DNA of 64,000 nt from assembly GCA_965217865.1 (NCBI GenBank), contig CBDCJO010000002.1, positions 4,032,001 to 4,096,000 on the forward strand, read 5' to 3'. The translations under genes were made by a program, and so were the position numbers. This stretch comes from Candidatus Latescibacterota bacterium (GTDB taxonomy: Bacteria > Latescibacterota > UBA2968 > SICM01). This document shows positions 41,989 to 51,690 of this stretch, piece by piece; positions within the stretch are counted from its first letter, which is position 1; the number at the start of each line of letters is the position of its first letter. The notes beneath the pieces are model-generated. The model did no database searches and was not told the DNA's origin. It saw only the letters and a program-made list of their open reading frames with translations.

Positions 41989-42696
41989 TCACGTTTCCCG
42001 ATCCGTCGGCACCGCTTCTAGAATAAGCTTCCTCAAATCGTCCAATCGATAGGGTTTGCGAAGGAAGCCGAACGGCTTCAATGTCTCCAGGTCCTCCTCA
42101 TTGTAGGTCGCCGATACAACCACGATCGGCAATCCCGGGTACCCGGCCTTTACTTGTGGCAGAAACTCCCGTCCGCTCAGGACCGGCATCGAACAGTCGC
42201 TGATCACCAGGTCAGCCCCTTCCCGCTTGAGGATCTCGAGGGCCTGAGCCCCGTCCCCCGCCTCGATCCCCTGGAGACCCAGCCGCTCGACCACGGTCAC
42301 CATCGTCTTGCGCAGCTCGATCGCGTCTTCAACGATAAGGACCTTCCGTTTCTTCTCAACCAGCTCGGCCGCCACCTGCAGGACCGCATCGATCTTGAAC
42401 GGCTTGGCGATAAAGGCGTTGAAACCCGCCGCGAGGGCAGCCTGGGGATCGAAGTCCCCCGAAATGGCCACGACGGGTAAGAGAGGATGGCCTTCCCGAA
42501 CCCTCTCCAGGAGTTCAAGGCCGCTTATGCCCGGCATGTCGATATCCGTGATAACCAGATCCACGGACTCCCTTGAAAACAGATCCCACCCCTCTTCCCC
42601 GCTGGAAGCCTTGAAAACAGTATACTCGGTTTCGAGCAGATGCTCAAGGAGATCCAGCACCGTCAGGGTGTCATCTACGATAAGAATAACCGGCAT
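41989..42696 (-). CDS. Tandem dual-receiver response regulator
   Basis: Two REC domains (IVDD/TDIDMP/KPF; IVED/SDCSMP/KPY). Confidence 0.9.
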   Translation of the reverse strand: MPVILIVDDTLTVLDLLEHLLETEYTVFKASSGEEGWDLFSRESVDLVITDIDMPGISGLELLERVREGHPLLPVVAISGDFDPQAALAAGFNAFIAKPFKIDAVLQVAAELVEKKRKVLIVEDAIELRKTMVTVVERLGLQGIEAGDGAQALEILKREGADLVISDCSMPVLSGREFLPQVKAGYPGLPIVVVSATYNEEDLETLKPFGFLRKPYRLDDLRKLILEAVPTDRET

Positions 42697-42734
42697 CGTT
42701 CACCTCCCTGCCCACTTGGTCATAGCGGGCAAGT

Positions 42735-43127
42735 TCAGACCATGAGTTTAATGATCGTCCCCCCGATCTTAACCAGGTCTTCGTTCTTCAATATTACGGA
42801 TCCCCCGATTCGCTCTCCATTCACGAAGGTTCCGTTGGTGCTGCCCAGGTCTCTAACCCTGAATTCCCCGCCCTCATATCCAATCCTTATATGTCTACCC
42901 GAAACCTGGTCGTCGTCCAACACTATGTCGCTTGATGCGTCCCTCCCGAGAAATCGTTCCTGTTGTGAGATAAGGTACTCTTTGGAGCTCTCCCCTTCAA
43001 GAAAAATCAGTTTCGCCAGGGGTCCCCTATTCCCCAGAATCCCGGAACCACAAAATCTACAGAAGGGACTCGTGCCTGTTTTGATTTCACCCCCGCAATA
43101 TACGCATTGTGTCACGACTGGCACCAC
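42735..43127 (-). CDS. Zinc-ribbon plus FHA domain protein
   Basis: CVYC..CRFC; LGRD, VSGRH, DLGSTNGTFVNG. Confidence 0.88.
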   Translation of the reverse strand: MVPVVTQCVYCGGEIKTGTSPFCRFCGSGILGNRGPLAKLIFLEGESSKEYLISQQERFLGRDASSDIVLDDDQVSGRHIRIGYEGGEFRVRDLGSTNGTFVNGERIGGSVILKNEDLVKIGGTIIKLMV

Positions 43128-43405
43128 GGCCTCTGGTATCTTGTTCTGGTATCCCGAATCAAATTTTCGAGCTCGCCATCCCCAGGCCGCTCCTGGAGGA
43201 CCTTCTCCCACGCCGCCACAGCCTGTGGAAAATCACCTTTTTTGAAGTAGACCATCCCCAGCTTGTACTGGACATCGGAAATATTAAGGGTTTTCTGAGT
43301 GCCGATTGCGCCGCCCCCATCGGAGGGTGACATTCGCTCTCCGCATTCAGAACAGTATCGATCTTCGATCTCAAAGATCGCGCCGCATTCAGGACAGTTC
43401 TTCAT
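43112..43405 (-). CDS. Zinc-ribbon plus single-TPR protein
   Basis: CPECG..CSECG; YKLGMVYFKKGDFPQAVAAWEKVL. Confidence 0.82.
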   Translation of the reverse strand: MKNCPECGAIFEIEDRYCSECGERMSPSDGGGAIGTQKTLNISDVQYKLGMVYFKKGDFPQAVAAWEKVLQERPGDGELENLIRDTRTRYQRPWCQS

Positions 43406-43648
43406 TCAACTCCTCGGCTGCCTGCTTCCGTCTGACGTTTCACGGTTTCCCCTTACCTGTGACCCCTGACCGTCATTGAATATTGAATATCGGAGAATTG
43501 AATATTTGAACAACCAGGTACTTTCTCGTGGCTTATTGATCTCGCTTCAATATTCTTCAATATTCAATCTTCAATTTCCTCCAGCCCCTGCCTTTCCTGC
43601 TACTGCCTTTTCCCGCTCTCACGTTTCCCGATCCCTGACCTTCGACCA

Positions 43649-44740
43649 CTAGCTACCGGTTTTGACTTCCCTGACCTCTGAGCTCTGGCCTCCGACCCCT
43701 GCCTTTACAGTTTCCATGGGGACAAACACCTTAAAGCTTGTCCCCTCCCCTTCCCTTGAGGAAACCAGAATGTTCCCGCCCCACTCCCGGACGATCGTCC
43801 GGGCGATGGACAGACCCAAGCCGGTTCCTTTCTCCTCTCCCTTGGTCGTAAAGAAAGCCTGAAAAACCTGCTCCAGGTGAGCGCCGGGAATGCCCGGACC
43901 ATCATCCCGCACCTCGACGAAAACAAATTCCCCCCCCTGGATCCCTTCCTCCATCTCCACGGCCAGCTCATGATCCCGCCCGGCCTCTGTTTCCAAATCG
44001 ATGGCCCCTCGTACGGAACTCCTCCCGGTGACCAGCCAGATCCTTCCACATCTCTCTACGGCGTCCACCGCGTTGAGGATAAGGTTCATAAGGACCTGCT
44101 CGACATGGCTCGGGTCGACCACCACTTGCGGGATATCAGTCTCGAGATCCAGATGGACCTCCATGCTCCGCACAATCGACCTCACGAACACCTTCAGATC
44201 CGATAGAAGGGCGTTGAGGTCCACCGGACTGGCATGCCAGCGATGATGCCTTGCAAACCGGAGGACATTCTCGGACAATTGATTCAGGTATTCGCTCGAC
44301 TGCCGCAGGAGGTCCAGATTTTGTTTCTGGGGCTTTTCCCCCTGGAGCATCATCAGCTCCAGGTTGGTGAGGATCACTGTGAGGGGGTTCTTGATCTCAT
44401 GAACAATCGAGGCCGCCATCTGTCCCATGCCGGCCAGTCGTTCGGATCGGATCAACATCTGCTGGGTATTCAGTTGGTCGGCTTGAGCCTCCTTGAGTTC
44501 CTCCAGGCGATTCTTCAGAGCCCTGTTTTTCTCCCTCAGCTCCTGGTAAGCGATCTCGCGTTCACGCCCCGAGGCTAGGAGATGTTCCTCAACCTGAAGA
44601 TAGATCGCCTCCAGTTCGTCCAGAAGCATGCCCCTTTCTTGCTTCATAGCCTCGACCTGGGCGATCAGGTCCGCGCTCTCAACAACATCCATATATAATA
44701 CGGTCCGGGGAGAATTTTCCGGATGCCCTTCCAATCCCAA
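43649..44740 (-). CDS. Cytoplasmic histidine kinase (coiled-coil N-terminus, no TM or sensor domain)
   Basis: VHEIKNPL, QVLMNL..NA, DDGPGI, FFTTK..GTGLGL. Confidence 0.9.
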   Translation of the reverse strand: MGLEGHPENSPRTVLYMDVVESADLIAQVEAMKQERGMLLDELEAIYLQVEEHLLASGREREIAYQELREKNRALKNRLEELKEAQADQLNTQQMLIRSERLAGMGQMAASIVHEIKNPLTVILTNLELMMLQGEKPQKQNLDLLRQSSEYLNQLSENVLRFARHHRWHASPVDLNALLSDLKVFVRSIVRSMEVHLDLETDIPQVVVDPSHVEQVLMNLILNAVDAVERCGRIWLVTGRSSVRGAIDLETEAGRDHELAVEMEEGIQGGEFVFVEVRDDGPGIPGAHLEQVFQAFFTTKGEEKGTGLGLSIARTIVREWGGNILVSSREGEGTSFKVFVPMETVKAGVGGQSSEVREVKTGS

Positions 44741-44901
44741 CTGTCCAAATTATTGATAATTAAGGTGAATTCATCAGGCGGGGATGTGACCCAACTCACA
44801 ACCTTCAAAAACCTTTGTTGAATATACTGAACATGGGTTCATCGATCAACCATAAACTTCATACTTTAAACTTCATCATGGAGGGCGTCAAACGCAAAAC
44901 C

Positions 44902-47900
44902 TTACGCCTCGGCCAGGTACTGCATGGCCTCGACGTCCCTCTTTAATCCCTTCGCAATCTTCAGCTCCTCCTTGGCCTTGATTTTGTCAAACCAGGCGAT
45001 CGATCGGTCCACCTCCTCACTGGCCTGTATCAGATCCCCCATGTCCTTGAGCATCCTGGCATATTCCAGATGCGCCTTACCGGAATACAGGGCGTGGTTC
45101 AGTTTTTCGTTCGTGGAAATGCTTTTTTCAAAGCAAGTCCGTGCGTCTTCCCATTTCCGCTCAGCGGCCGCCGCCTGCCCGAGGGTCTTGTACACATCCG
45201 CAATCTCAATCGGCTTGTTCAGTCTCTTAAAGATCTCCAGGGCCGTCAGACATGCCCTTTTGCATCCCTTCAAATCGGATGCCTCAAGCATCACCTCTGC
45301 GAGGTTGACGTAGCACTTCGCCTCCATGGAGATGTTTCTCGTTTTCCTGCAAATCGTGAGGGCCCTCCGATAGGCGTCCCGGGCACCTTTCCACTCTTTT
45401 TTTCCGGAGAGGGACCAACCTTGATTCAGGTAGACCAGGGCAAGTCCGGGCCGGTCCCCCAGCTCTTTATAGATCTTTCGGCTTTTTTCGTAAAGATCCA
45501 TCGCCCGGACCCCCTGACCGCGAATGCTGGCCATAATTCCCGAATTCAAGTAGATCTTGGCGATCTGGTCTCCGTATCCTTCTTTTTTGGCGATGCGGAG
45601 GCCGCGGGTGTAGTAGGACTGAGCGCTTTTCCAATCGCCTTGTTCAAACGGGATGTGGGCCGCCCTCACGAGTACCTCGCACAGGGCTTTCCCGTCTCCC
45701 ACTTTCTTAAAGTTTTCAGCGCTCCTGCGGAATCCCTCGGTCGCCAGGTCAAATCTTCCCATGCGAAATTGGATAATGCTCATCCACTGTTGGACCTCCC
45801 CCAAAATCCGGGGATGGTCTCCCGCTTCCGCAAGCCTTTCGGCTCGACTCAGCCGTTCCATGGCCGCGGGGATATCCCCCAGACGGTCGTCTAAAGATCC
45901 GATTTTGTAGATCAGGAACGGTTCATCTTCGCCGGAATCATCGACCTCACCGGCCTTGGGCAGGATCTCCAGGGCTTTCCGGTAACAGTCCCGGGCTTCA
46001 CGGAAAGCGAACAGCCCTTCCGCCCGGTCACCCGCGCGGATCAGATAGGGAAGGGCCTTGTCAGCAGCCCCGCCGTAGAAGAAGTGCCGGGCGAGATCCA
46101 CAACCGGTTCCTTACCCTCGGGGAGGGCCTTTTCCTTCAAGTAATTTCCGTAGGCCGCGTGATACTCCCGTCGCAGTTCAGGATTGATCTCGTCGTAGAG
46201 GATCTCGCGGATCTTCGCGTGGGTGAAAACATAGGCCTCCCCCTCGGAGCGAATAAGCTGGTGCTGCCGTTCGAGCCGGTTGAGGGCCTGAAGCACCCTG
46301 ACTCTTTTTTGCTCCGCCACGCTGGAGAGTATACCTGAGGCGAATCGCTCACCCCCAACCGACGCAATCTGAAGAAGCTCTCGGTGGTCCTCCTTGAGAC
46401 GGTCGATCCGCCTTACGATCACGTCATACACCCGATCCGGAATATCCGCCCGCGTAATCGTCCGTTTCTCGCGCCAGGCCCCTCTCCGGTCGAAGATGAC
46501 CCCTTCATCCCTGAGCAATTTGAGGACCTCGATTACAAAAAAGGGGTTTCCTCCCGTCTCGTGGAAAAGGGATTCGCGAAAGTCAGGCGAGAACATCGAA
46601 CGCCGAAAAATAAATCGGACCATCAGGTTGACAGCCTCCATACCCAGGCCTTGCAGATCTACCTTTTGGAGGACACCCTCCCGGCTCATCTGGTGCGTGG
46701 CATTCACCAGGGGGTGAGGCGTCCCCTCCTGTTCCGGTAAAAGATCCTCCGTCCGGAAGGTCCCCACGATCAGCAGGGGCTGCTCCTGGACATTCCGCGA
46801 TAAATAATAGAAGAGATCGATACTCCCGCTATCCCCCCATTGGAGGTCCTCGAGAAGGATGATAACGGGCTTCTCCCTGGCCAGAAACAAAAGCAGCTTC
46901 AATATCGCCTCAAAGAGCTCTTCCTTGGACGCCGCCATCTTTTCCGCCGGGTTTACGACGTCCGATATCCGTCTTGTGCGGATCACAGTCATCAGACGTG
47001 AAGTCAACCGCTCGAGCTCAGGGGTTTCATCCCGGATGAACGCCGTCAGACCATCGCCGTCCAGATCTACCCGGCCCTCCAGACAATGTCCCAGGGCCTC
47101 GATGAACGGCAGGTATGGCTCCCGGCCCTCGCTGTAAATACAGGAACCTTGAAGCACAGTACAGCCCCCCCGACCGGCGAATTTTATCGCCTCGGTGGCC
47201 AACCGCGATTTCCCGATCCCCGCCTCGCCAGAAATCAGGATCGCGCCCCCTCGGCCGTCAAGCGTGTTCTTCACCCGGACTTTTAGGAGATCCAATTCCT
47301 TCTCTCTTCCCACAAGTCGGCATTCGAATCGCAGAGGTTTCTTCCTTAAAGGTGGCTCAGTGGGGTGATCCCCTTCCGAAACCCGCTCTTCTTCTACCTG
47401 CCTTCCTTCAAGAAGGGCTTGAATCTCCTCTCGCATCACCCTTGCGGAGGGGTACCGACGCTTGGGTTCTTTGGCCATCGCTTTTAGAATCATCTTCTCT
47501 ACAGCCAGCGGGAGGTCCCGCCGCAGCCGGCTGGGCGGCGTCGGATCTTCCTCCATCTGTTTGTAGATTACTGTAACAGCGTTCAGGCCCTCAAACGGAA
47601 GCTGTCCTGTCAACAGTTCGAAGATCAAGATACCCAGGGCGTAGAGGTCCGTCCGGCCGTCGAGACGTTCTCCCATAATCTGTTCGGGAGCCATATATTC
47701 CGGTGTCCCGATGGCCTCTCCGGTCAGGGTAAGCGTTTGGGTCCCTGTAGATCGGACGATGCCGAAGTCGAGGACCTTGACGTGCCCCCCGGGGGTAATC
47801 CATATATTGTCCGGTTTTATGTCGCGGTGGAGCAGCCCGCTTGCGCTGGCGGCCTCCAGAACCCCCAGGATCTGGATCACGATCTTCATCCCCTCTCTCC

Positions 47901-48216
47901 ATCCGGGCGGCTTTCCGCCCCGGATCATCTGACGAAGAGAGCTCCCCTTCAGCAGTTCCATCACGAAATAGCAGGATCCCCCGTGCTCCCCCACGTCGTG
48001 AATAACCACGACATTCGGATGGTTCAGCCCCGCAGCTGCCCTGGCCTCACGAAAAAAGCGTTCGATCTCTTCGGGAGCCCGGTCTGTTTCTGAAGAGAGG
48101 AACTTGATGGCCACATCCCGGTCCAACGCCTTATCGTGTGCGCGATAGACGGTACCCATGGCCCCCCTGCCGATGAGCTCCTTTATCTCATAGTGTTTAA
48201 TCGTCTGTCCGATCAT
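44902..48216 (-). CDS. Ser/Thr kinase - P-loop NTPase (STAND-like) - TPR protein
   Basis: GRGAMG, HRDIKPDN, DFG, YMAPE; LVGRE, GEAGIGKS, LLEDLQW, GGNPFF; C-terminal TPR array. Confidence 0.92.
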   Translation of the reverse strand: MIGQTIKHYEIKELIGRGAMGTVYRAHDKALDRDVAIKFLSSETDRAPEEIERFFREARAAAGLNHPNVVVIHDVGEHGGSCYFVMELLKGSSLRQMIRGGKPPGWREGMKIVIQILGVLEAASASGLLHRDIKPDNIWITPGGHVKVLDFGIVRSTGTQTLTLTGEAIGTPEYMAPEQIMGERLDGRTDLYALGILIFELLTGQLPFEGLNAVTVIYKQMEEDPTPPSRLRRDLPLAVEKMILKAMAKEPKRRYPSARVMREEIQALLEGRQVEEERVSEGDHPTEPPLRKKPLRFECRLVGREKELDLLKVRVKNTLDGRGGAILISGEAGIGKSRLATEAIKFAGRGGCTVLQGSCIYSEGREPYLPFIEALGHCLEGRVDLDGDGLTAFIRDETPELERLTSRLMTVIRTRRISDVVNPAEKMAASKEELFEAILKLLLFLAREKPVIILLEDLQWGDSGSIDLFYYLSRNVQEQPLLIVGTFRTEDLLPEQEGTPHPLVNATHQMSREGVLQKVDLQGLGMEAVNLMVRFIFRRSMFSPDFRESLFHETGGNPFFVIEVLKLLRDEGVIFDRRGAWREKRTITRADIPDRVYDVIVRRIDRLKEDHRELLQIASVGGERFASGILSSVAEQKRVRVLQALNRLERQHQLIRSEGEAYVFTHAKIREILYDEINPELRREYHAAYGNYLKEKALPEGKEPVVDLARHFFYGGAADKALPYLIRAGDRAEGLFAFREARDCYRKALEILPKAGEVDDSGEDEPFLIYKIGSLDDRLGDIPAAMERLSRAERLAEAGDHPRILGEVQQWMSIIQFRMGRFDLATEGFRRSAENFKKVGDGKALCEVLVRAAHIPFEQGDWKSAQSYYTRGLRIAKKEGYGDQIAKIYLNSGIMASIRGQGVRAMDLYEKSRKIYKELGDRPGLALVYLNQGWSLSGKKEWKGARDAYRRALTICRKTRNISMEAKCYVNLAEVMLEASDLKGCKRACLTALEIFKRLNKPIEIADVYKTLGQAAAAERKWEDARTCFEKSISTNEKLNHALYSGKAHLEYARMLKDMGDLIQASEEVDRSIAWFDKIKAKEELKIAKGLKRDVEAMQYLAEA

Positions 48217-48530
48217 ATCGCTGCCCGTACCGTCTTCTCATGTCCCGCTACCGCCAATGCCGCTGCTACTGGCTTTGCCGTCTCACGTCCTGACGTCTGA
48301 CGTTTCACAGTTTTTCTCTCCCCGACCCCTGACCTCTGGCCTCCGGCCCCTGCCTCCTGCCACTGCTACTGCTTTTCCTCGTCTCACGTCTCACGCCTGA
48401 GTTGAATTAGGCCTTCTTCCGTATTCTGTCTTCTGTATTCTGTATTCCGGTGGGGATCGGCGGAAGGGCTTTCACGTTTCGCGGATTTTCTTTTCCCTGA
48501 CCCCTGACCTCTGGCCTCCGGCCCCTGCCT

Positions 48531-49475
48531 TTAATACCCCTTTCGTTTATCTATAACACAGAGCAACTCTTCTCCGCGTAATAGCCGTCTCAGATTTTCA
48601 CAGAACAACTCGATGGTCCGCTCCTGGCGATTTGGCGATCCGCCGGCGACGTGCGGGGTGATCAACACGTTCTCCATAGCCCAGAGCCGATGGCCGTGGG
48701 GCAGCGGTTCCTGGGGGGTCACATCCAGTCCTGCCCCGCCGATCTCCCCCTGTTCCAGAGCATCCACCAGGGCTTCCTCATCCACAATTTTTCCCCGGGT
48801 CACATTGATAAGCAGCGCGTGATTCCGCATCTTTCGAAAAGCGTCCCGATCGAACAACCCCTCGGTCTCAGGAGTCAACGGCGCACAGATCGAGATAACG
48901 TCCGAATCAGCCAGGAGATCGTGGAAACCGTCCATCCTTCGGCAGGATTCGACAGAGTCAGGTACCTCAACCGGTTCCGGATCCACCGCGATAATCCTCA
49001 TCCCGAAACCCCTCGCACGCGTGGCAAGCTCCCGACCCGTGCCGCCCAACCCCACGATCCCCATCGTCCTGTCGATCAGTTCCCAGGCCGCATTCCTGAT
49101 CCCCTTTTGCTCGTTCCAGTCCGGCGACCGGACCGCCCGCGCGATCCCGCGCGTCAAGCCCAGCAGCAGCGCCATCGCATGTTCGGCGAGGTGTACCCCC
49201 ACGAGGCCCTTGGCGCTCGTCAGGATGATCCCGCTCTCCACGAACTCGGGATAGAGCAGACCGTCAACCCCCGCACCCCAGGACTGCGTCCAGCGCAGCC
49301 TCTCCGCTCTCCGAAACATCTCCCGGCTCACACTTCCAAAAACCACCTCTGCTTCCGGCATCGCGGATAGGGCTTCCTCCTCCGAGCCCGCCTGGACCAC
49401 CTCCACCTCTTCCGAAACCGCCCGGATCATCGCGACGTGGCGGTCTTCCAACTTCATATTGACGAGAATTTTCAT
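48531..49475 (-). CDS. D-2-hydroxyacid dehydrogenase
   Basis: GIVGLGGTG, INVTRG, LDV..EPL, ITPHVAG. Confidence 0.92.
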   Translation of the reverse strand: MKILVNMKLEDRHVAMIRAVSEEVEVVQAGSEEEALSAMPEAEVVFGSVSREMFRRAERLRWTQSWGAGVDGLLYPEFVESGIILTSAKGLVGVHLAEHAMALLLGLTRGIARAVRSPDWNEQKGIRNAAWELIDRTMGIVGLGGTGRELATRARGFGMRIIAVDPEPVEVPDSVESCRRMDGFHDLLADSDVISICAPLTPETEGLFDRDAFRKMRNHALLINVTRGKIVDEEALVDALEQGEIGGAGLDVTPQEPLPHGHRLWAMENVLITPHVAGGSPNRQERTIELFCENLRRLLRGEELLCVIDKRKGY

Positions 49476-49532
49476 GTCTGACCCTTAATCGAATTCCGAC
49501 TATCCGTCACCAACATTCTCAAAGATGCCCTC

Positions 49533-49661
49533 GTAAGGGCACGGCATGCCGTGCCCTTACACCAATTTTGTCGAACCACCCATTTCCGTAGGGGCGAGGC
49601 GGTGCCTCGCCCGGTGATTCGTCCAGATCCTATCGACGGGCGACCCTCGGGTCGCCCCTAC
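49533..49661. repeat. REP/REPIN-like palindrome cluster
   Basis: Perfect 28-bp palindrome GTAAGGGCACGGCATGCCGTGCCCTTAC; inverted GTAGGGGCG..CGCCCCTAC hairpin pair at 49588-49661. Confidence 0.8.
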
Positions 49662-49966
49662 GCCAATCATAATGTGTTTGCATTTTACATTTTGTATTTT
49701 TCATTTTACATTTCCCCTTCCCTTTAGGGAAGGGGCTAGGGGTTAGGTCTGACCCCCGATCGATTTTTTTTATTCGTCAAAACTATCCTGAATTGAAGAG
49801 ACCTTTCGATCTTCATTCGTCAACCTTCGATCTTCTATTTCTCCGACCCCTGCCTTTGCCTTTCCTGTCACTGCCTCTGCTACTGCTTTTGCTCTTCCTG
49901 CCACTGCCACTGCTACTGCTACTTGCCTTTCCCTGACCTCCGACCTCTGGCCCCTGACCTCTGCTT

Positions 49967-51193
49967 CTAATAAACCACCCTCTCAAAATACGTCCCGGTA
50001 TATCCGAAAATCCTTTTGAACCGTTCGATATCCTCAGGACTCCCGATCGCTTTTGCGAGGTTGTCGCTCAACTTCACCGTCTTCTGCCCGTTCGATTCCA
50101 CCAGCTTTATGACGAGGGAAAGCGGTGCGAAGCCCAGATCGTTCGTGAGGTTCGTCCCCCAGCCGAAACCCATCTTGATGCGATCTTCGAAATAAGCCGC
50201 AATCCTCATTATCTTATCCGCATCCAGCCCGTCGCTGAAAACCACGAGCTTTTCCCTTGGATCGATCCCGTGCCGCCGGTAGAATGAAATCGCCTCCTCC
50301 CCGAATTTGATCGGGTCCCCTGAATCCTGCCGAAGGCCTTTCCACAACACCGCCTGATCCGCGGTCACGTCCTGGAAAAAGAATTTCGAACCGTAGGTGT
50401 CGGTTAAGGCCACGGACAATCCCCAGCCGTAGTAATCCCACCAGTCTTCTAAAATGCGATTGTGGGAGGCGCGGATCTCCTCTTCGCTGCGGCCAGTCAC
50501 CCCGGAAAGGGCCATAAACATCTCGTGGGCCATCGTCCCGATCGGCGCGAACCCTTCCCCGAGCGCAATCTCGACATTCGAGGTGCCTTGAAATTGTTCC
50601 GACAGCCCGTCCGCAAGGCGTCGGACGACCTCCCAATGCCACATGGTGCTAAAACGCCTCCTGGTTCCGAAATCGGATATCGGAATCTCGGAGTCTTTTA
50701 GAACCCGAATCTTTTCCTCAAGCCGGGCCCTCCCTTCGGCGTACATCACTTCCCTTTCCGAGGGCGCCAATTTCTCAACGAGCCCCCGGTAATATAATTC
50801 ATTTATGATCGACAGCGCCATCGCTTCCCAGTAGATCGCTTCACACCACCGACCCGTAAATTCCAATCGATAGGTGTGGCCGATCCGTTCGAGGTCATAT
50901 TCCGGAAGCCGGAGATTTTCCAGGAAAGCGATATAGTCCGGATGAAAGATCGTGGAATCAGAGATTCGGACGCCCTTGAGAGCCCGCAATTCTTCCGCCG
51001 AGAACCTGAGTCCCCTTACACGATCTAACTCCTCTCGAAGCTCGTCCTCATCGATGGCCTCGTCAAGCCGTACATTTTCAGTCCTGTTCTTGAACGCGTA
51101 TTTGACCGTGACCCGGGGATATCGGAAATAAACGATCTGACCCATCGTGAATTTATAAAAATCGTTATCCAGTAATGATTCAATGATAGCCAC
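49967..51193 (-). CDS. pncB: Nicotinate phosphoribosyltransferase
   Basis: SLLDNDFYKFTM, DFGTRRR, GTMAHE, RQDSGDP, FSDGL, VKLSD. Confidence 0.95.
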   Translation of the reverse strand: MAIIESLLDNDFYKFTMGQIVYFRYPRVTVKYAFKNRTENVRLDEAIDEDELREELDRVRGLRFSAEELRALKGVRISDSTIFHPDYIAFLENLRLPEYDLERIGHTYRLEFTGRWCEAIYWEAMALSIINELYYRGLVEKLAPSEREVMYAEGRARLEEKIRVLKDSEIPISDFGTRRRFSTMWHWEVVRRLADGLSEQFQGTSNVEIALGEGFAPIGTMAHEMFMALSGVTGRSEEEIRASHNRILEDWWDYYGWGLSVALTDTYGSKFFFQDVTADQAVLWKGLRQDSGDPIKFGEEAISFYRRHGIDPREKLVVFSDGLDADKIMRIAAYFEDRIKMGFGWGTNLTNDLGFAPLSLVIKLVESNGQKTVKLSDNLAKAIGSPEDIERFKRIFGYTGTYFERVVY

Positions 51194-51305
51194 GTCAACG
51201 ACCCTCAGCGCACGTGTCTTGAAGGAATAATGACCCTAAGCCCCTCTCCTACTGCATCTGCAATTTCCTCCAACGCTCTATGATATTTTGGAACGCCGTC
51301 GTGCT

Positions 51306-51467
51306 CCCTCACCCCACCTCGGCAGCTCGGCACCCCTCTCCCGAGTGCCGGGAGAGGGGAAGTTCGAAATGATCTAATTGTTTAATGATTGTCATCGTCC
51401 CCTTCTCCTGCGGAGCCTGTCCTGAGCTCGTCGAAGGACGGGAGAAGGGGATACAGGGGATGAGGGC
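51306..51467. repeat. Nested REP/MITE-like inverted repeat
   Basis: CCCTCACCCC..CCCCTCTCCC..GGGAGAGGGG mirrored by CCCCTTCTCC..GGAGAAGGGG..GGGGATGAGGG, enclosing GTCCTGAGCTCGTCGAAGG. Confidence 0.7.
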
Positions 51468-51690
51468 GTTGAACCGACCCATCTGTGTTTTCACTCTGAA
51501 ATAGATGGAAGGTGAATCACGGTTATTCTCCCTCACCACCCTCATATAGGCCTTTCCCGCTTCCCGCTTCGGGAAGGGGGCGCAGGGGCTTAGGTCTGAC
51601 ACTTTGCCGAATTTCATATGTTCGTCACTGGTTCTCCGTCCTTTGCATTTTCCATTTTTCACTTTACATTTCCCTCCCCCCGACCCCTGA

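Noticed and set aside
34873-48216. Integrative element at tRNA-Arg
   Set aside because: No integrase and no duplicated tRNA 3' end seen by eye
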